The notes beneath the pieces are model-generated. The model searched no databases. It had not been told where the DNA came from and saw only the letters and a list, made by a program, of their open reading frames with translations. The translations under genes and the position numbers were made by a program. 64,000 nt of DNA, from the IMG/VR virus record IMGVR_UViG_3300034102_003113, one strand, 5' to 3'. This document shows, piece after piece, positions 8,447 through 18,464 of the stretch; position 1 is the first letter of the stretch; every line of letters begins with the position of its first letter. This DNA is from a virus.

Positions 8447-11400
8447 GTGTCTAGTCTGTATCGTTGCCGAGCCAGAGTAGCTTATAAGCCTTTCAATTCT
8501 GAGAGGCTTATTGTCTTTGAGGAAAAACAGATCCAAGAGATGAGCGTAAAGCTCAAATGGAACAATACGTTCCCCTCAATGAACTCTCAGGGTACTAACT
8601 CAGCCGATGCCTACACATCTGGAATAAGTCAATCTACCTGCCAAGTAACCATCTCAGATCCTTATCTGACAGGGGCCGCTTGGCCAGCATTATTTGACGC
8701 TGCCTCAATGTGGTCGGCGTCTAATACCGCTCAGACAAATAACATTATTCTTCCTCCTTGTGGGGAGAACCAGGATCCTGTAAGAGATAAGTGCTTTCGT
8801 TACGCTTCGATAGACGATAGCGCTCTTATCAACTCTGATGGTACCTCTAGAGAACTTTCTAGTACCTTCGCCCATATCATAATTTCATTATGGTACGAGG
8901 TTAATGGAACATCGTTCGGATCCGATTATTACTTCAGAGTAAATAGAATCAGTGTTAATCATGGGGCTAATTACCCCTCGGTTACGTTGGCCGGTACTGA
9001 ACCAAAAGCAGTTGTCTTCAATCAAAATCTTATCAATGTAAAATTTGATGAAGGAATGTCTGTTGAGGAAGCATTAAAGAAAATTGCTGAAGAAAGCGGA
9101 TATAAAGCAAGTTTCTGTGTTCCACCTGGCGAAAAAACAACTGATCCATACATCCTCCCACGCTCAATTATCTATAAAGGCGTAACGCCTGATGAGGCGA
9201 TGAAAAAACTCATCGGAGCGACAGGAGGATCTATGCTCTCCCTCCCAGTCAAAGAATTTGGAAATCGAGTGAGCATATGTACTCGAGGCGAGATTACTCA
9301 GAGCTGCACTGTGTTCTATCTAGGTAAAGGACTCTATGAGTCATACCAGATTGATGGCGAACCGCCTGTCACGTTTGCTGCAAGAAACACTCAGAGTGGC
9401 GCAAGTATTAATAATGGCGATCCATACACCTCGGCAAGTTTTGCAGCGGAAAAATACTCTATAAAAGAAGTTATCAAAGAGAAAAGAATCAAAGCCCTAG
9501 AGCAGGTTAAAAAGGTAACTTTCCCAGATCTTTTTAAATCATGTGATAAGAGATGCCAAGGACCACTGTCCGATGGGTATGGATGGTCTGGCGCTGGTCC
9601 TAGTATTGAGAATAAAAGATACATTAAGACAAACTTTTATGGCATAGCACCTAACGGCACTCAGGCTATTTCCTATCTTCCTGGCAAGGTGGAGAGCGCA
9701 TCGGAGGATGAGGGGAAAGTTGTTATTAAGACAGAGTTCTGGTTTCAGGTGTGCAAAGAGGATAAATCAGAAAAATGCTTTGGCCGGTATATCTACCAAG
9801 AGTCGACAAACCTCTCCGATGTTAAAGTAAAGCGCGGAGATGAGGTTAAGATCTCTCAGGCTATCGGCTCATCTACAACAGATAAAAAAGAACTAACCAG
9901 GTTTTATATCCAAGGTCATAGTAATGAATTTACTACCATAGACCCACAGCTTATCTGGAATTGGGCATCACCTGCTGAAACTGCAGCGGATTTTCAAAAT
10001 AAAGATGCTCCTTCCTCAACTCCTACTGGACAGACCCCACCACCATCAAACCAATCTACATCTGGAAGTTTATTAGTAGGCAGAGTAGGATCAACTGGGT
10101 CCTCAACTGGTCCTCATCTTCATGCAGAAAAATTTCCCCAAGGACAAACTGGAGGCCGTGGACAACGCATAGTATCTGCTGATGTAGACCCCTATGTATC
10201 CATCGGTGGCACTCCAGCTAGTACTTGGGGAGTTTATTCTCCATATGGTCCTAGGTCTGGAGGAATGCATTATGGTATAGATTTTTCAGGACCGGGACCT
10301 GGAGGGAAGAACATAAATAGCCAACCAGTTACTGTAACTGGAGGCGCAAAGATACTAAAAACAGGATATGATGGGGGGTATGGTAACTTTGTTGAAATAC
10401 GTACGCCTGCCGGATACGACTTACTTTTAGCCCACCTTCAAGACCAATCAATTCCTCCTAATTTACCTAGTTTGACTAGTTCCGACTCGGCGGGCAATAC
10501 TGAGCCCACTATTGCAACGGCCCCGGCCAATAAGGCACTGACCATTGAAACTTCATTTAAGGGCGTACCACGTGCTCTTCGGATTACACCTGGTAGAACC
10601 ATTCTGTCTTTTATCACTGATTATGATAAGTGGGTGGAGAATGGCGGGCCACGTGGCCAGGATCCATCCACCGATCCCGGCGTATGGTTGCCTTCAAGGT
10701 TTAGGAACTGGTTTGTTGGAGAGGTCGAGTTTGTCTGGAGGCAAGGAGACCTTAGGGTTAATATTGAGGCAAATAACGCTTGGGGTAATAGCGTTATTTT
10801 TGCCCCCACTTTCCCCGATTATCTACAAGGACAGCAGGGCACTGGCGAGTTTGAAATTACAAAAGACTATTATGGGTATATAAGATCCATAGGTGATTTA
10901 TGCTTCCCAATAAAAAATAAAGATGGGAAGATGACTAACTCATGTAAAGAACTTTGCAAAGAGGCTCAGGAATTTTATAAGAAGTATGGTTCTGGGGAAG
11001 GAAGTACAGACACCACCACATCTGCCTCTGGAGATGGCGGAGCGGGGTCTCAGACGGGGTTCCCTGTTGCTAAATGTCAATACACAGGGACGAAATACGA
11101 CCAGGCCAAAGTCAACAAGATCATCAACGCAGCCTACTCTGGTGGAATAAGAACAAACATAGGTCTAGCGGGTGTAGTTGCAAACGCTATCTGGGAATCA
11201 CGTCTAGACCCTAAAGCCCGCGGAGATAACGGTGATGCCTGGGGTGTCTTCCAATGGAACTCACGTAGGCCCGGATTGATCGCCTATGCACAGAGCGTTG
11301 GTGGAGATCCGAATAACTTCGATGTGCAGATGGGATACTTTGTAAAAGAACTTAAGACATCTGAATCAGCAACAGTCCCAGCTGTTAATGGGGCAGGGAC

Positions 11401-11515
11401 TCTAGCCGCAGCAACTGAGCAATTTGAAAGAAAATTTGAACGAGCTGGTATCCCAAAAATTCAGGATAGAATTGCAATAGCTAATGAAATCTTCCCATCA
11501 TTTAGTTGCTCATGA
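8447..11515 (+). CDS. Baseplate hub (late-control-D/gp27-like) with M23 peptidase and C-terminal tail lysozyme
   Basis: Hub-like N/C regions; GSTGSSTGPHLH, HYGID, GYGN, AHL (M23); ANAIWESRLDP/GVFQW/FERKFER (phage lysozyme 2). Confidence 0.8.
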   Translation: MSSLYRCRARVAYKPFNSERLIVFEEKQIQEMSVKLKWNNTFPSMNSQGTNSADAYTSGISQSTCQVTISDPYLTGAAWPALFDAASMWSASNTAQTNNIILPPCGENQDPVRDKCFRYASIDDSALINSDGTSRELSSTFAHIIISLWYEVNGTSFGSDYYFRVNRISVNHGANYPSVTLAGTEPKAVVFNQNLINVKFDEGMSVEEALKKIAEESGYKASFCVPPGEKTTDPYILPRSIIYKGVTPDEAMKKLIGATGGSMLSLPVKEFGNRVSICTRGEITQSCTVFYLGKGLYESYQIDGEPPVTFAARNTQSGASINNGDPYTSASFAAEKYSIKEVIKEKRIKALEQVKKVTFPDLFKSCDKRCQGPLSDGYGWSGAGPSIENKRYIKTNFYGIAPNGTQAISYLPGKVESASEDEGKVVIKTEFWFQVCKEDKSEKCFGRYIYQESTNLSDVKVKRGDEVKISQAIGSSTTDKKELTRFYIQGHSNEFTTIDPQLIWNWASPAETAADFQNKDAPSSTPTGQTPPPSNQSTSGSLLVGRVGSTGSSTGPHLHAEKFPQGQTGGRGQRIVSADVDPYVSIGGTPASTWGVYSPYGPRSGGMHYGIDFSGPGPGGKNINSQPVTVTGGAKILKTGYDGGYGNFVEIRTPAGYDLLLAHLQDQSIPPNLPSLTSSDSAGNTEPTIATAPANKALTIETSFKGVPRALRITPGRTILSFITDYDKWVENGGPRGQDPSTDPGVWLPSRFRNWFVGEVEFVWRQGDLRVNIEANNAWGNSVIFAPTFPDYLQGQQGTGEFEITKDYYGYIRSIGDLCFPIKNKDGKMTNSCKELCKEAQEFYKKYGSGEGSTDTTTSASGDGGAGSQTGFPVAKCQYTGTKYDQAKVNKIINAAYSGGIRTNIGLAGVVANAIWESRLDPKARGDNGDAWGVFQWNSRRPGLIAYAQSVGGDPNNFDVQMGYFVKELKTSESATVPAVNGAGTLAAATEQFERKFERAGIPKIQDRIAIANEIFPSFSCS

Positions 11516-12198
11516 TACCAAGGATAATAGCCAGCGGGGTAATGGCGGCAGTATTAAACTCTGCCAAAAAGGAACTACTTGAGACCGCAAAGTCTCAAAT
11601 AATTAAATCTCAAAAAGAAGCATTAAGAAAGGACCTCCTTGCGAAGGTAGCCGCACAATACACCCGCGAGGCAGAACATAATTTTAGCCAATACATCCAG
11701 GCTTTAGAATCATCTCAGGTAGAGATTAGTTTTCAAGGGAAACCTGGTGAGGCCCTTATTACAAGGGCACAATCTGCGGTAGATGAATTAGAAAACTACC
11801 TCGATAGGCAAAACCCTGACGGGGCCGTTATCCAGTTTCTTAAGAGGCGATATAATGAGGAGGGGATTAATATTATCACAGGGAGATTGTATGCAGGTCA
11901 TCTTGTCAATAAAAAATCCCAGGGTGTTTACGAGGTAGCTAATAAGATGGGTTACGCTGCTCCTGTAGATAAAAGAAAACCCTGGTTATCTAGCGAGAAG
12001 ACAACTCAGGGGGTCGAGGAATTATTGGCCAATGCAGCCAAAGAAATTTTTGAACTTACATTTGAGGATCTTGATTTAAGCTCAGATGCTGCGTTGTTGA
12101 AGTTTACGTCTGGAGGTATGGGATTTAAATCACCACAAAAGATGTCTAATAAACCTCCCACTCAAGTAAAATCAAAACGCAAGAAAAAGAAAAAGTAA
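11512..12198 (+). CDS. Hypothetical protein (possible neck/tail completion), basic C-terminus
   Basis: ATGA overlap with hub stop; ends KSKRKKKKK. Confidence 0.5.
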   Translation: MIPRIIASGVMAAVLNSAKKELLETAKSQIIKSQKEALRKDLLAKVAAQYTREAEHNFSQYIQALESSQVEISFQGKPGEALITRAQSAVDELENYLDRQNPDGAVIQFLKRRYNEEGINIITGRLYAGHLVNKKSQGVYEVANKMGYAAPVDKRKPWLSSEKTTQGVEELLANAAKEIFELTFEDLDLSSDAALLKFTSGGMGFKSPQKMSNKPPTQVKSKRKKKKK

Positions 12199-12897
12199 CT
12201 AACCGTAGTACTTAGATCCTTTCTCAAGGTTAGCCTTAGCGCTTAGGGCTTGTAGGTTTGCATTGATGGCATGATAGTCAAACCAACTCTCTGCAAGAGA
12301 CGTGTCTTTAAAATAACATTTTGTCCCTTTGCAATGCACGTCAATCCGTTCCAGATCAACCTTTTCCTCCCTGCACCACTCTTCGACAAGGTTTTTAAAT
12401 GGATAAGAATGGTCTATATGAAATTCTCCAGCGTTAATAAATACCCCGTGGACAGGGCACCTCATTGGTTTTCTTTTGAGCTGACGGTTGACACTAAGCC
12501 TAAATGTTTTGATTTGTGGTTCTATGATTTGTCTCATAGCCACTAAGGCATCCTTCTTATTTTGCTTATATTCAGGGATTGGCTTCGCTCTAGGAAAAAG
12601 TTCATCAGTAACTTTACCCTTCCCAAGCCATACTTCCCTCTTCGACCTAGAGGTAATCATGACAATGCCTTTCACGGCTTTGCCTTGAAACTTTTTATTA
12701 CGAATTTTATATTTTACAGCACCGCGGTCCTTAATTACTTTCCATTTTGGGATTAGGTCAGTGACAGAGTTTAAAAACTCCTCATCATCCCCTTTTACAA
12801 AGTAGTTGCACTCTGTTCCATTGACGACTTCTGTCCACTTTTTTTCGAAGCCTCCCTTCGTGTACTCACTACCTTGGATGGATATGATGCGTCGCAT
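12199..12897 (-). CDS. HNH-type nuclease (DCL/DUF3223-like)
   Basis: FHIDH...NLQALSAKANLEK HNH-like signature. Confidence 0.6.
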   Translation of the reverse strand: MRRIISIQGSEYTKGGFEKKWTEVVNGTECNYFVKGDDEEFLNSVTDLIPKWKVIKDRGAVKYKIRNKKFQGKAVKGIVMITSRSKREVWLGKGKVTDELFPRAKPIPEYKQNKKDALVAMRQIIEPQIKTFRLSVNRQLKRKPMRCPVHGVFINAGEFHIDHSYPFKNLVEEWCREEKVDLERIDVHCKGTKCYFKDTSLAESWFDYHAINANLQALSAKANLEKGSKYYG

Positions 12898-13580
12898 AAT
12901 ATAAACTCAATAAGTTGTTCTGAATATTTTTTAATATCATCCGCGTTTTTAAGATGGGGATTCTTGCGGACAAGGGTAGATACAGACCTTTTCTTAACCA
13001 AATAGTCCATGAGAAAAGTCTCATCATCTGGCTCAAGATCAGTGATTTTATGGAGAAGGTCACGATGACTCATCATAAAGTCCCCCATTGTCACTTCTGA
13101 TTCGTACTCTGGCTCAATAATGTTAGAGTACTCTGTTACAGGGGAAAAACTCATTGCAAATGCCTGTCGCACTGCACGAATCTTTTTAACAGACACCTGG
13201 ATCTTTTCGGCAATCTGATCATCGGTGATATCAGGATCCGTTGTTGTGTATTTGCGGATTTTTAGATACAGATCCGAGTAGGAGCGCGGAATCTTTACTA
13301 GGCGGGAGTTATCACGGAGGTAGTTAAGCATATGAAATTGTAGGCACCTATTCACCCAAGTAGAAAAATTTGCGCCCTTGCTCTGATCCCAGGAATCATA
13401 GATCTTTACAATGTACTCTAGCGCTGCATCTCTAAGTTCCTCATAAGGCAACCCAGTAAACGACGAGATCTTCTTCGCCACCTGTGAAGCCTTCCACATC
13501 TGTGATATAATTTGCTCATCACGTTCGGATCTACCTCTCCGTGACTTGCGCTTCTCCTGCTTATCAGATTCTGTGGTCAT
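12795..13580 (-). CDS. Phage RNA polymerase sigma factor (group 3, SigF/SigB-like)
   Basis: Region 2 'WDQSKGANFSTW...LNYLRDNSRLVKIPR', region 3 HTH 'DQIAEKIQVS'; region 4 degenerate. Confidence 0.9.
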   Translation of the reverse strand: MTTESDKQEKRKSRRGRSERDEQIISQMWKASQVAKKISSFTGLPYEELRDAALEYIVKIYDSWDQSKGANFSTWVNRCLQFHMLNYLRDNSRLVKIPRSYSDLYLKIRKYTTTDPDITDDQIAEKIQVSVKKIRAVRQAFAMSFSPVTEYSNIIEPEYESEVTMGDFMMSHRDLLHKITDLEPDDETFLMDYLVKKRSVSTLVRKNPHLKNADDIKKYSEQLIEFILCDASYPSKVVSTRREASKKSGQKSSMEQSATTL

Positions 13581-13894
13581 ACTGCTTCAATTGCTCCAAT
13601 AATAAATTCTTTGAGTTGAGACTTTGCCAAAATACCCTCTGTATTTAGCCCAAGAAGATTCGATTCATTGCCAAACACGGCAAAGTTAGGTGTTCCGTCA
13701 CACTCAATCTGGTCACAAAATGCCCAGTCATCGGTGGTTACATCCCACTCTCCAAACCCCACAGCATAATGTGGATACTCCTCGGCAATCTCATTTGCTG
13801 TTTCTGCCCAGACAGGTTTCATAGCATTGCATGCTGCGCATCCCGGTTGGTGAAAGAAAACAACTCTATGCTTAAATTGTTGTTGATCTGACAT
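13577..13894 (-). CDS. Thioredoxin-like protein
   Basis: FHQPGCAAC (CxxC) and cis-Pro motif GTP. Confidence 0.85.
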   Translation of the reverse strand: MSDQQQFKHRVVFFHQPGCAACNAMKPVWAETANEIAEEYPHYAVGFGEWDVTTDDWAFCDQIECDGTPNFAVFGNESNLLGLNTEGILAKSQLKEFIIGAIEAV

Positions 13895-13925
13895 AATTTG
13901 TATTCTTGCAAGTAATACGTTATGT

Positions 13926-13934
13926 ATTATACCA
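13926..13934 (-). promoter_or_regulatory. Extended -10 promoter (TGGTATAAT) for thioredoxin-sigma operon
   Basis: TGnTATAAT on minus strand ~31 nt upstream of ATG 13894. Confidence 0.6.
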
Positions 13935-15548
13935 TTAAAGATATCTTGTTGCAGACGTCTTAGGGTTAGTACCAGTGTCTATCTTGCCAATATCACTAGA
14001 GAGTCTTCTAGACCCACCACGGTAGAATGGGTCATGGACGAGTCGGGGAAGTTGTTTTCTATCTCCACCATGAACCGTCCTACCACCCATAATCTCATCG
14101 CGATAGACCGTGATTCCGTAGACAAATGCGTCTACAAAGTCATCGTTTTTAATAAATGGGAATGATGTAAGTTCGGACATCCGCTCCCCCAGATTAGGTA
14201 GATTCTCATATAGAGAGACCAGACCGTCCTCCGCAAGTGGGGCAATTGCGTTTGCCCTCAACACCTTATCCTTATTAGGTACTAACTCTTTAATTGAGAC
14301 ATTGATGGTTCTTTTAAGCGTTTGAATAAGCGGGACTCCTTGCGCTCGACCCTCAATGTATATGCATCTAATCTTCCACGTCTTTACGAGTTGTGGGAAG
14401 ATCTTTTCAAGGTCTGGGAACTCCATCCGTTCTAGGATATAATGCACAAGATGGAGTTTTGATTCCCGCTTATCATATCCCCAGATACATATGGCAGTAT
14501 AGTCGTTCATTCGATCGGCCTTATACGCCGTGTCGATGGTCGCGTAGATATAGGCATACTTCGATTTATTTTTGGCATGGTAGTCAAACCAATGCTCTTT
14601 AAAGATTGCACCCTGGTCACCTGCAGGTCGACCTTGGTATAGGGAATTGAAATCTTTGTCCCCGATGGATTTTTTAATCGCCTCAAGGTTTTCTACTGGA
14701 AAGAATTGTGGCCAATGCGACTCACCAAGTTTCCTCCCAAGCACGTCGTTTTCCTCATTGGTGCATAAAGCCGGTACATTAAGTTCTTTCCAGCCTTCTG
14801 GGTCGGCCTTAAGCAACCTACCAATTACATCGTCGGTATGAAACCTTGTGCCCATGGAGATGATTGCATGGTTAGGAAGACCACGTGTCAAGAACTGCGC
14901 CTGAGTCCAAGCAAAAGTGCTCTCCATAATAGTCAATGAGTTACCATCCGCAAGAAGGTCGTCTAGAATCCCGACTCCAGGGAGTTCCTCGTCACTAATC
15001 ACACCAAAACCAAAACCGGTAACATTACCACCTGCCGAAGCAATCTTAATCAGGCCCCCATTACCATTGCGAATAGCGCTGAGATTACATTTATCCTTAT
15101 CGATTTCACACTCTGGAAAAAGCCATGCAAAACTCTTATGTGAGATGTACTCAATCACCGCCCTAGAGTTCTCATTTGTCAGAGACAGGGCATAAGAACT
15201 CATAATAAACTGAGCTGTAGGACTCCGGCCCATCTGCCAGGACGGAAATACCTTGGAGATCAGCAATGACTTTCCTGTACGTGGAGGAAGGGAGATTGCA
15301 CTCTGCTTATATCCCTTTTCACCATCTCCGATCTTCTGGAGAAAATCTCCAATAACCTCATGGACATGAAAAGGTTGGAATTTTCCGGCGATAGGGACCT
15401 CCGAAGTGATAAAACGTGCGTACGTTAAGAAATCAGTTCGGCATTTTAACCGGAGTAGTTCTTGCTTGTCTGTGGGAGAGAGGGACAAGATATCCCCCTC
15501 CATCTCCTTAACAATCTGCCTTTCCTTCTTTACGTCTGCCTTGTTCAT
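13935..15548 (-). CDS. terL: Terminase large subunit
   Basis: PPRTGKS Walker A, GILDD Walker B, GTRFH, LYQGRP, IDTA...DYTA, NDDFVDA nuclease motifs. Confidence 0.95.
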   Translation of the reverse strand: MNKADVKKERQIVKEMEGDILSLSPTDKQELLRLKCRTDFLTYARFITSEVPIAGKFQPFHVHEVIGDFLQKIGDGEKGYKQSAISLPPRTGKSLLISKVFPSWQMGRSPTAQFIMSSYALSLTNENSRAVIEYISHKSFAWLFPECEIDKDKCNLSAIRNGNGGLIKIASAGGNVTGFGFGVISDEELPGVGILDDLLADGNSLTIMESTFAWTQAQFLTRGLPNHAIISMGTRFHTDDVIGRLLKADPEGWKELNVPALCTNEENDVLGRKLGESHWPQFFPVENLEAIKKSIGDKDFNSLYQGRPAGDQGAIFKEHWFDYHAKNKSKYAYIYATIDTAYKADRMNDYTAICIWGYDKRESKLHLVHYILERMEFPDLEKIFPQLVKTWKIRCIYIEGRAQGVPLIQTLKRTINVSIKELVPNKDKVLRANAIAPLAEDGLVSLYENLPNLGERMSELTSFPFIKNDDFVDAFVYGITVYRDEIMGGRTVHGGDRKQLPRLVHDPFYRGGSRRLSSDIGKIDTGTNPKTSATRYL

Positions 15549-18456
15549 AATTAATTTGGTCTAGGATGGATGAGATTTCCTGTTGTTCATTTGGAGATAG
15601 GCCAGAGCTTGGAAGGTCGAAATACTTAGATGGTAGGGAATTACCGAGTAGTGAGATCGGTTCTGGTGGGGTAGGGGAGTTTATCTTGGCTTCTAAAGAA
15701 TCCTTAAGCACTTTATTTTTATCCCGCTTTGTTTTGCATTTGCCAAATGTTGGTGGGAGTTCTTTGGGGATTAGGCCCAATACAAAGTCGGCAAGATCTA
15801 CTAAGTCTTTTGCAGGTTCTAACTCTTTCCATTCTCCATGAGCAGTTTTTAGGAAGTTATTAGTTATAAATAATGCTTCTTTCTTTGATGTAGCATTTAA
15901 CCGTGCTATTCTTGTTATATTTTTGAATACGTTTAGTAAACTATCAGTAGGTACAACTCCAACTCTTCCGCCATCTTTGGTATGGTCCAGACGTTTTACG
16001 TAGTTAAATGTATCTTTTATTGCTTTGGATGTTTCAATAATACTGAGTAATGTCTGAGAGAAGAATGACGAATTACCCACCATGAGTTTATTAATCAATC
16101 TGTATTGAGCATCAATAAGTTTTCTTTCAATAGACTCTACTTTCGTTATATTATTATCTGTTTGCTTAAATGCTTTCTCTATAGCTTCAAAGGTGTATGT
16201 AAGTTCTGACCATAACTCCGGCCAGTCAGCATGTTTTGCCCCTTCAATCCTATCGGCCATCTCCGAAAGTCTTTTGACCCCCTTGATAAGTTGAGTTAGG
16301 TCCCATTGATTACCACCAGAATCGCATAGATCTTCACCTACCTTTGTCGGAATCAGATCCAGGATGTCAGAGAGCGGGTTATTATTGTTATCAGTTGGAT
16401 CACCTTTTGGAGAATAGGAACTATTATTTGTTGATACAACGCTTCCGCATGGATCGAGTAACTTATTCCCATCGGAATCTTCGCCATGCTGAGTCTTTCT
16501 ACATTTTGGGTCGCATGGGCAATCCAACCCTCCCCCACCAAATAACCCACCAAGGCCAGGTATTCCTCCTAGGATAGATGAGACCGGATTTATTCCAGTG
16601 AGCGCAGAGAACGCACTCAACCCTAACCCTGCAGGACCAAGGAACGAAGTAAATTGCCCTCCTAATCCAACAAGTTGGAGAGCAGATGTTGCTAATTGCG
16701 GAACACCCTCAAGCCCTCCTAAGTTAGGAATTCCAGGTAGATTTGCAAAACTAGTGGCCATTTGGGCGATCTCACCAAGATCCCCACTTGAAAGCTTATT
16801 AATAATATCCCCAGAGAGAACATTAGAAAGACCACCAATCCCACCCGCAGTAGAGATGATCTGATTGATGGAGTCTGGGAGGGAAAGATCTAAAGCGCCT
16901 ACCGCGCTTCCGATAATATTATTTATAGAGACAGGTTGGTCATTAAGAATATCTTTACCTATGTCCCATATTGGTGAGACAAACTGCGCCACTTCAGGAG
17001 GTAGTTGAGAAAGACCGAGCATCGCAGCACTATCGATTGCCCCTAAAGCCCCTCCGGCCATATATGCTGAGTATACTCCAGCTACTTGAGAAGGCAGAGC
17101 ATTAAATGCCTGGTTTAGGGAGTTCTTACCAATAATCTGAAGAGCATCATCCAGGGTATTATTTCTAATCCCCCGAGCAAGTACATCTCCAGCACCTCCT
17201 AGGGTGCGGAGGATTGCTACCAACTCATCATCAATGACTCCACCGCGGTTAATTGCAGAAACTATTTGTGAGGTGATAGCATCTACGGACTGATTGGAGT
17301 TATTTGCAATAGCAATCTTTGCTAAGTTGCTTAATGTATCCGCCCCATTAAACTTACCAGGTAGAGCATTGGCTGCAATCATTGCCACCTTAAGTGCTGG
17401 GTCAGAAGCAATAGGAGCTATGGCTCTCCCAGCGGCCTCTAAGACTGCCTTTCCAGCCTTACCAACAAAGTCTTGGGAGGATGGAGAAGCTTTTTGAGCC
17501 AGAGCTGGCATCGGTTTTTTAGAAGCCAGGAAATCCTTTCTTGTCGGAGGCGGATCGTTAGGATAGAACTGGATTGGTTTCCTAGACCCGGAACTCACCC
17601 ACTTCATCTGCTTCTGGTATCTGAGGCAGATTGCCAACTCTGAATCTAACCCCGTATCAATAACAGCTTCCATCCCGTGGTTTTTCTCTGTGCAAGATGG
17701 AAGAGTTGTACGGAATACTACCGGAGGTGAAGATAAAGGCATCCATGAGAAATCACCATTCTCATCTCTCCGACACATTAACATTGTCGATCTAAACTTT
17801 TTATCCTCAGTGAACTCTCTAACTTCTCCTTCTAGAGCCTGAGAGCATTTTGGCATTCCAGATTCCTTAGAAAGGTTTGTAGTCACTGGGGATTCTACAA
17901 CTCCAGGGTCGAATCCTTTCTCAACTATTTTGCCATGGGTAAGAGACTTCCAGGCATAGACCGAATCCTCACCCTCTTGGGTGTTGTTACGACGAAGGCA
18001 AATAACAACGTCCTGATTTACTTCATTTTCGAGTAGGTAGATCCGCCCGGCATTATCCTCATTGCATCTCATACCTGGATCTGAAGAAGCATTTCCTGCC
18101 TCCATCTGCTCACCAAGTATTGTGAGTTGGACAGGGGTTCCTACACCACTCCCTCTGGGGTCTTTGTTAAAAATCTGACTAACAAATGCATCATTAGTAT
18201 TCCCGCTGGCCTTAGAAATCAGACATGGTGACCCAATATATTGCGAACTTAGATGGCCTTTATGACTCCCTTGGACATACATCCAATCCGACGTCATCCC
18301 AGCATAAAGTGCCTTCACCCTCCCAAGTCTCTTAGGATCTGAAACCGAAACAATCGTACCTATTTCATTAAATGGGTCACCAAAAGGTCCGCCAATAGCC
18401 TCTGAACTACGTGTGGCTAATTCCTTAAGTCCTTGGAGCTCATCAAAAAATCCCAT
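15508..18456 (-). CDS. Baseplate spike (gpV/gp5 OB-fold) with long C-terminal extension
   Basis: N-terminal 'GTIVSVSDPKRLGRVKA...SDW'; located in baseplate operon. Confidence 0.7.
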   Translation of the reverse strand: MGFFDELQGLKELATRSSEAIGGPFGDPFNEIGTIVSVSDPKRLGRVKALYAGMTSDWMYVQGSHKGHLSSQYIGSPCLISKASGNTNDAFVSQIFNKDPRGSGVGTPVQLTILGEQMEAGNASSDPGMRCNEDNAGRIYLLENEVNQDVVICLRRNNTQEGEDSVYAWKSLTHGKIVEKGFDPGVVESPVTTNLSKESGMPKCSQALEGEVREFTEDKKFRSTMLMCRRDENGDFSWMPLSSPPVVFRTTLPSCTEKNHGMEAVIDTGLDSELAICLRYQKQMKWVSSGSRKPIQFYPNDPPPTRKDFLASKKPMPALAQKASPSSQDFVGKAGKAVLEAAGRAIAPIASDPALKVAMIAANALPGKFNGADTLSNLAKIAIANNSNQSVDAITSQIVSAINRGGVIDDELVAILRTLGGAGDVLARGIRNNTLDDALQIIGKNSLNQAFNALPSQVAGVYSAYMAGGALGAIDSAAMLGLSQLPPEVAQFVSPIWDIGKDILNDQPVSINNIIGSAVGALDLSLPDSINQIISTAGGIGGLSNVLSGDIINKLSSGDLGEIAQMATSFANLPGIPNLGGLEGVPQLATSALQLVGLGGQFTSFLGPAGLGLSAFSALTGINPVSSILGGIPGLGGLFGGGGLDCPCDPKCRKTQHGEDSDGNKLLDPCGSVVSTNNSSYSPKGDPTDNNNNPLSDILDLIPTKVGEDLCDSGGNQWDLTQLIKGVKRLSEMADRIEGAKHADWPELWSELTYTFEAIEKAFKQTDNNITKVESIERKLIDAQYRLINKLMVGNSSFFSQTLLSIIETSKAIKDTFNYVKRLDHTKDGGRVGVVPTDSLLNVFKNITRIARLNATSKKEALFITNNFLKTAHGEWKELEPAKDLVDLADFVLGLIPKELPPTFGKCKTKRDKNKVLKDSLEAKINSPTPPEPISLLGNSLPSKYFDLPSSGLSPNEQQEISSILDQINYEQGRRKEGKADC

Positions 18457-18464
18457 AACTTATA

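Noticed and set aside
14785-14805. DPEGW in terminase
   Set aside because: Matches the usual 'W..l..PA' terminase position within the ATPase domain; likely coincidental, though worth rechecking if the tag partner is found
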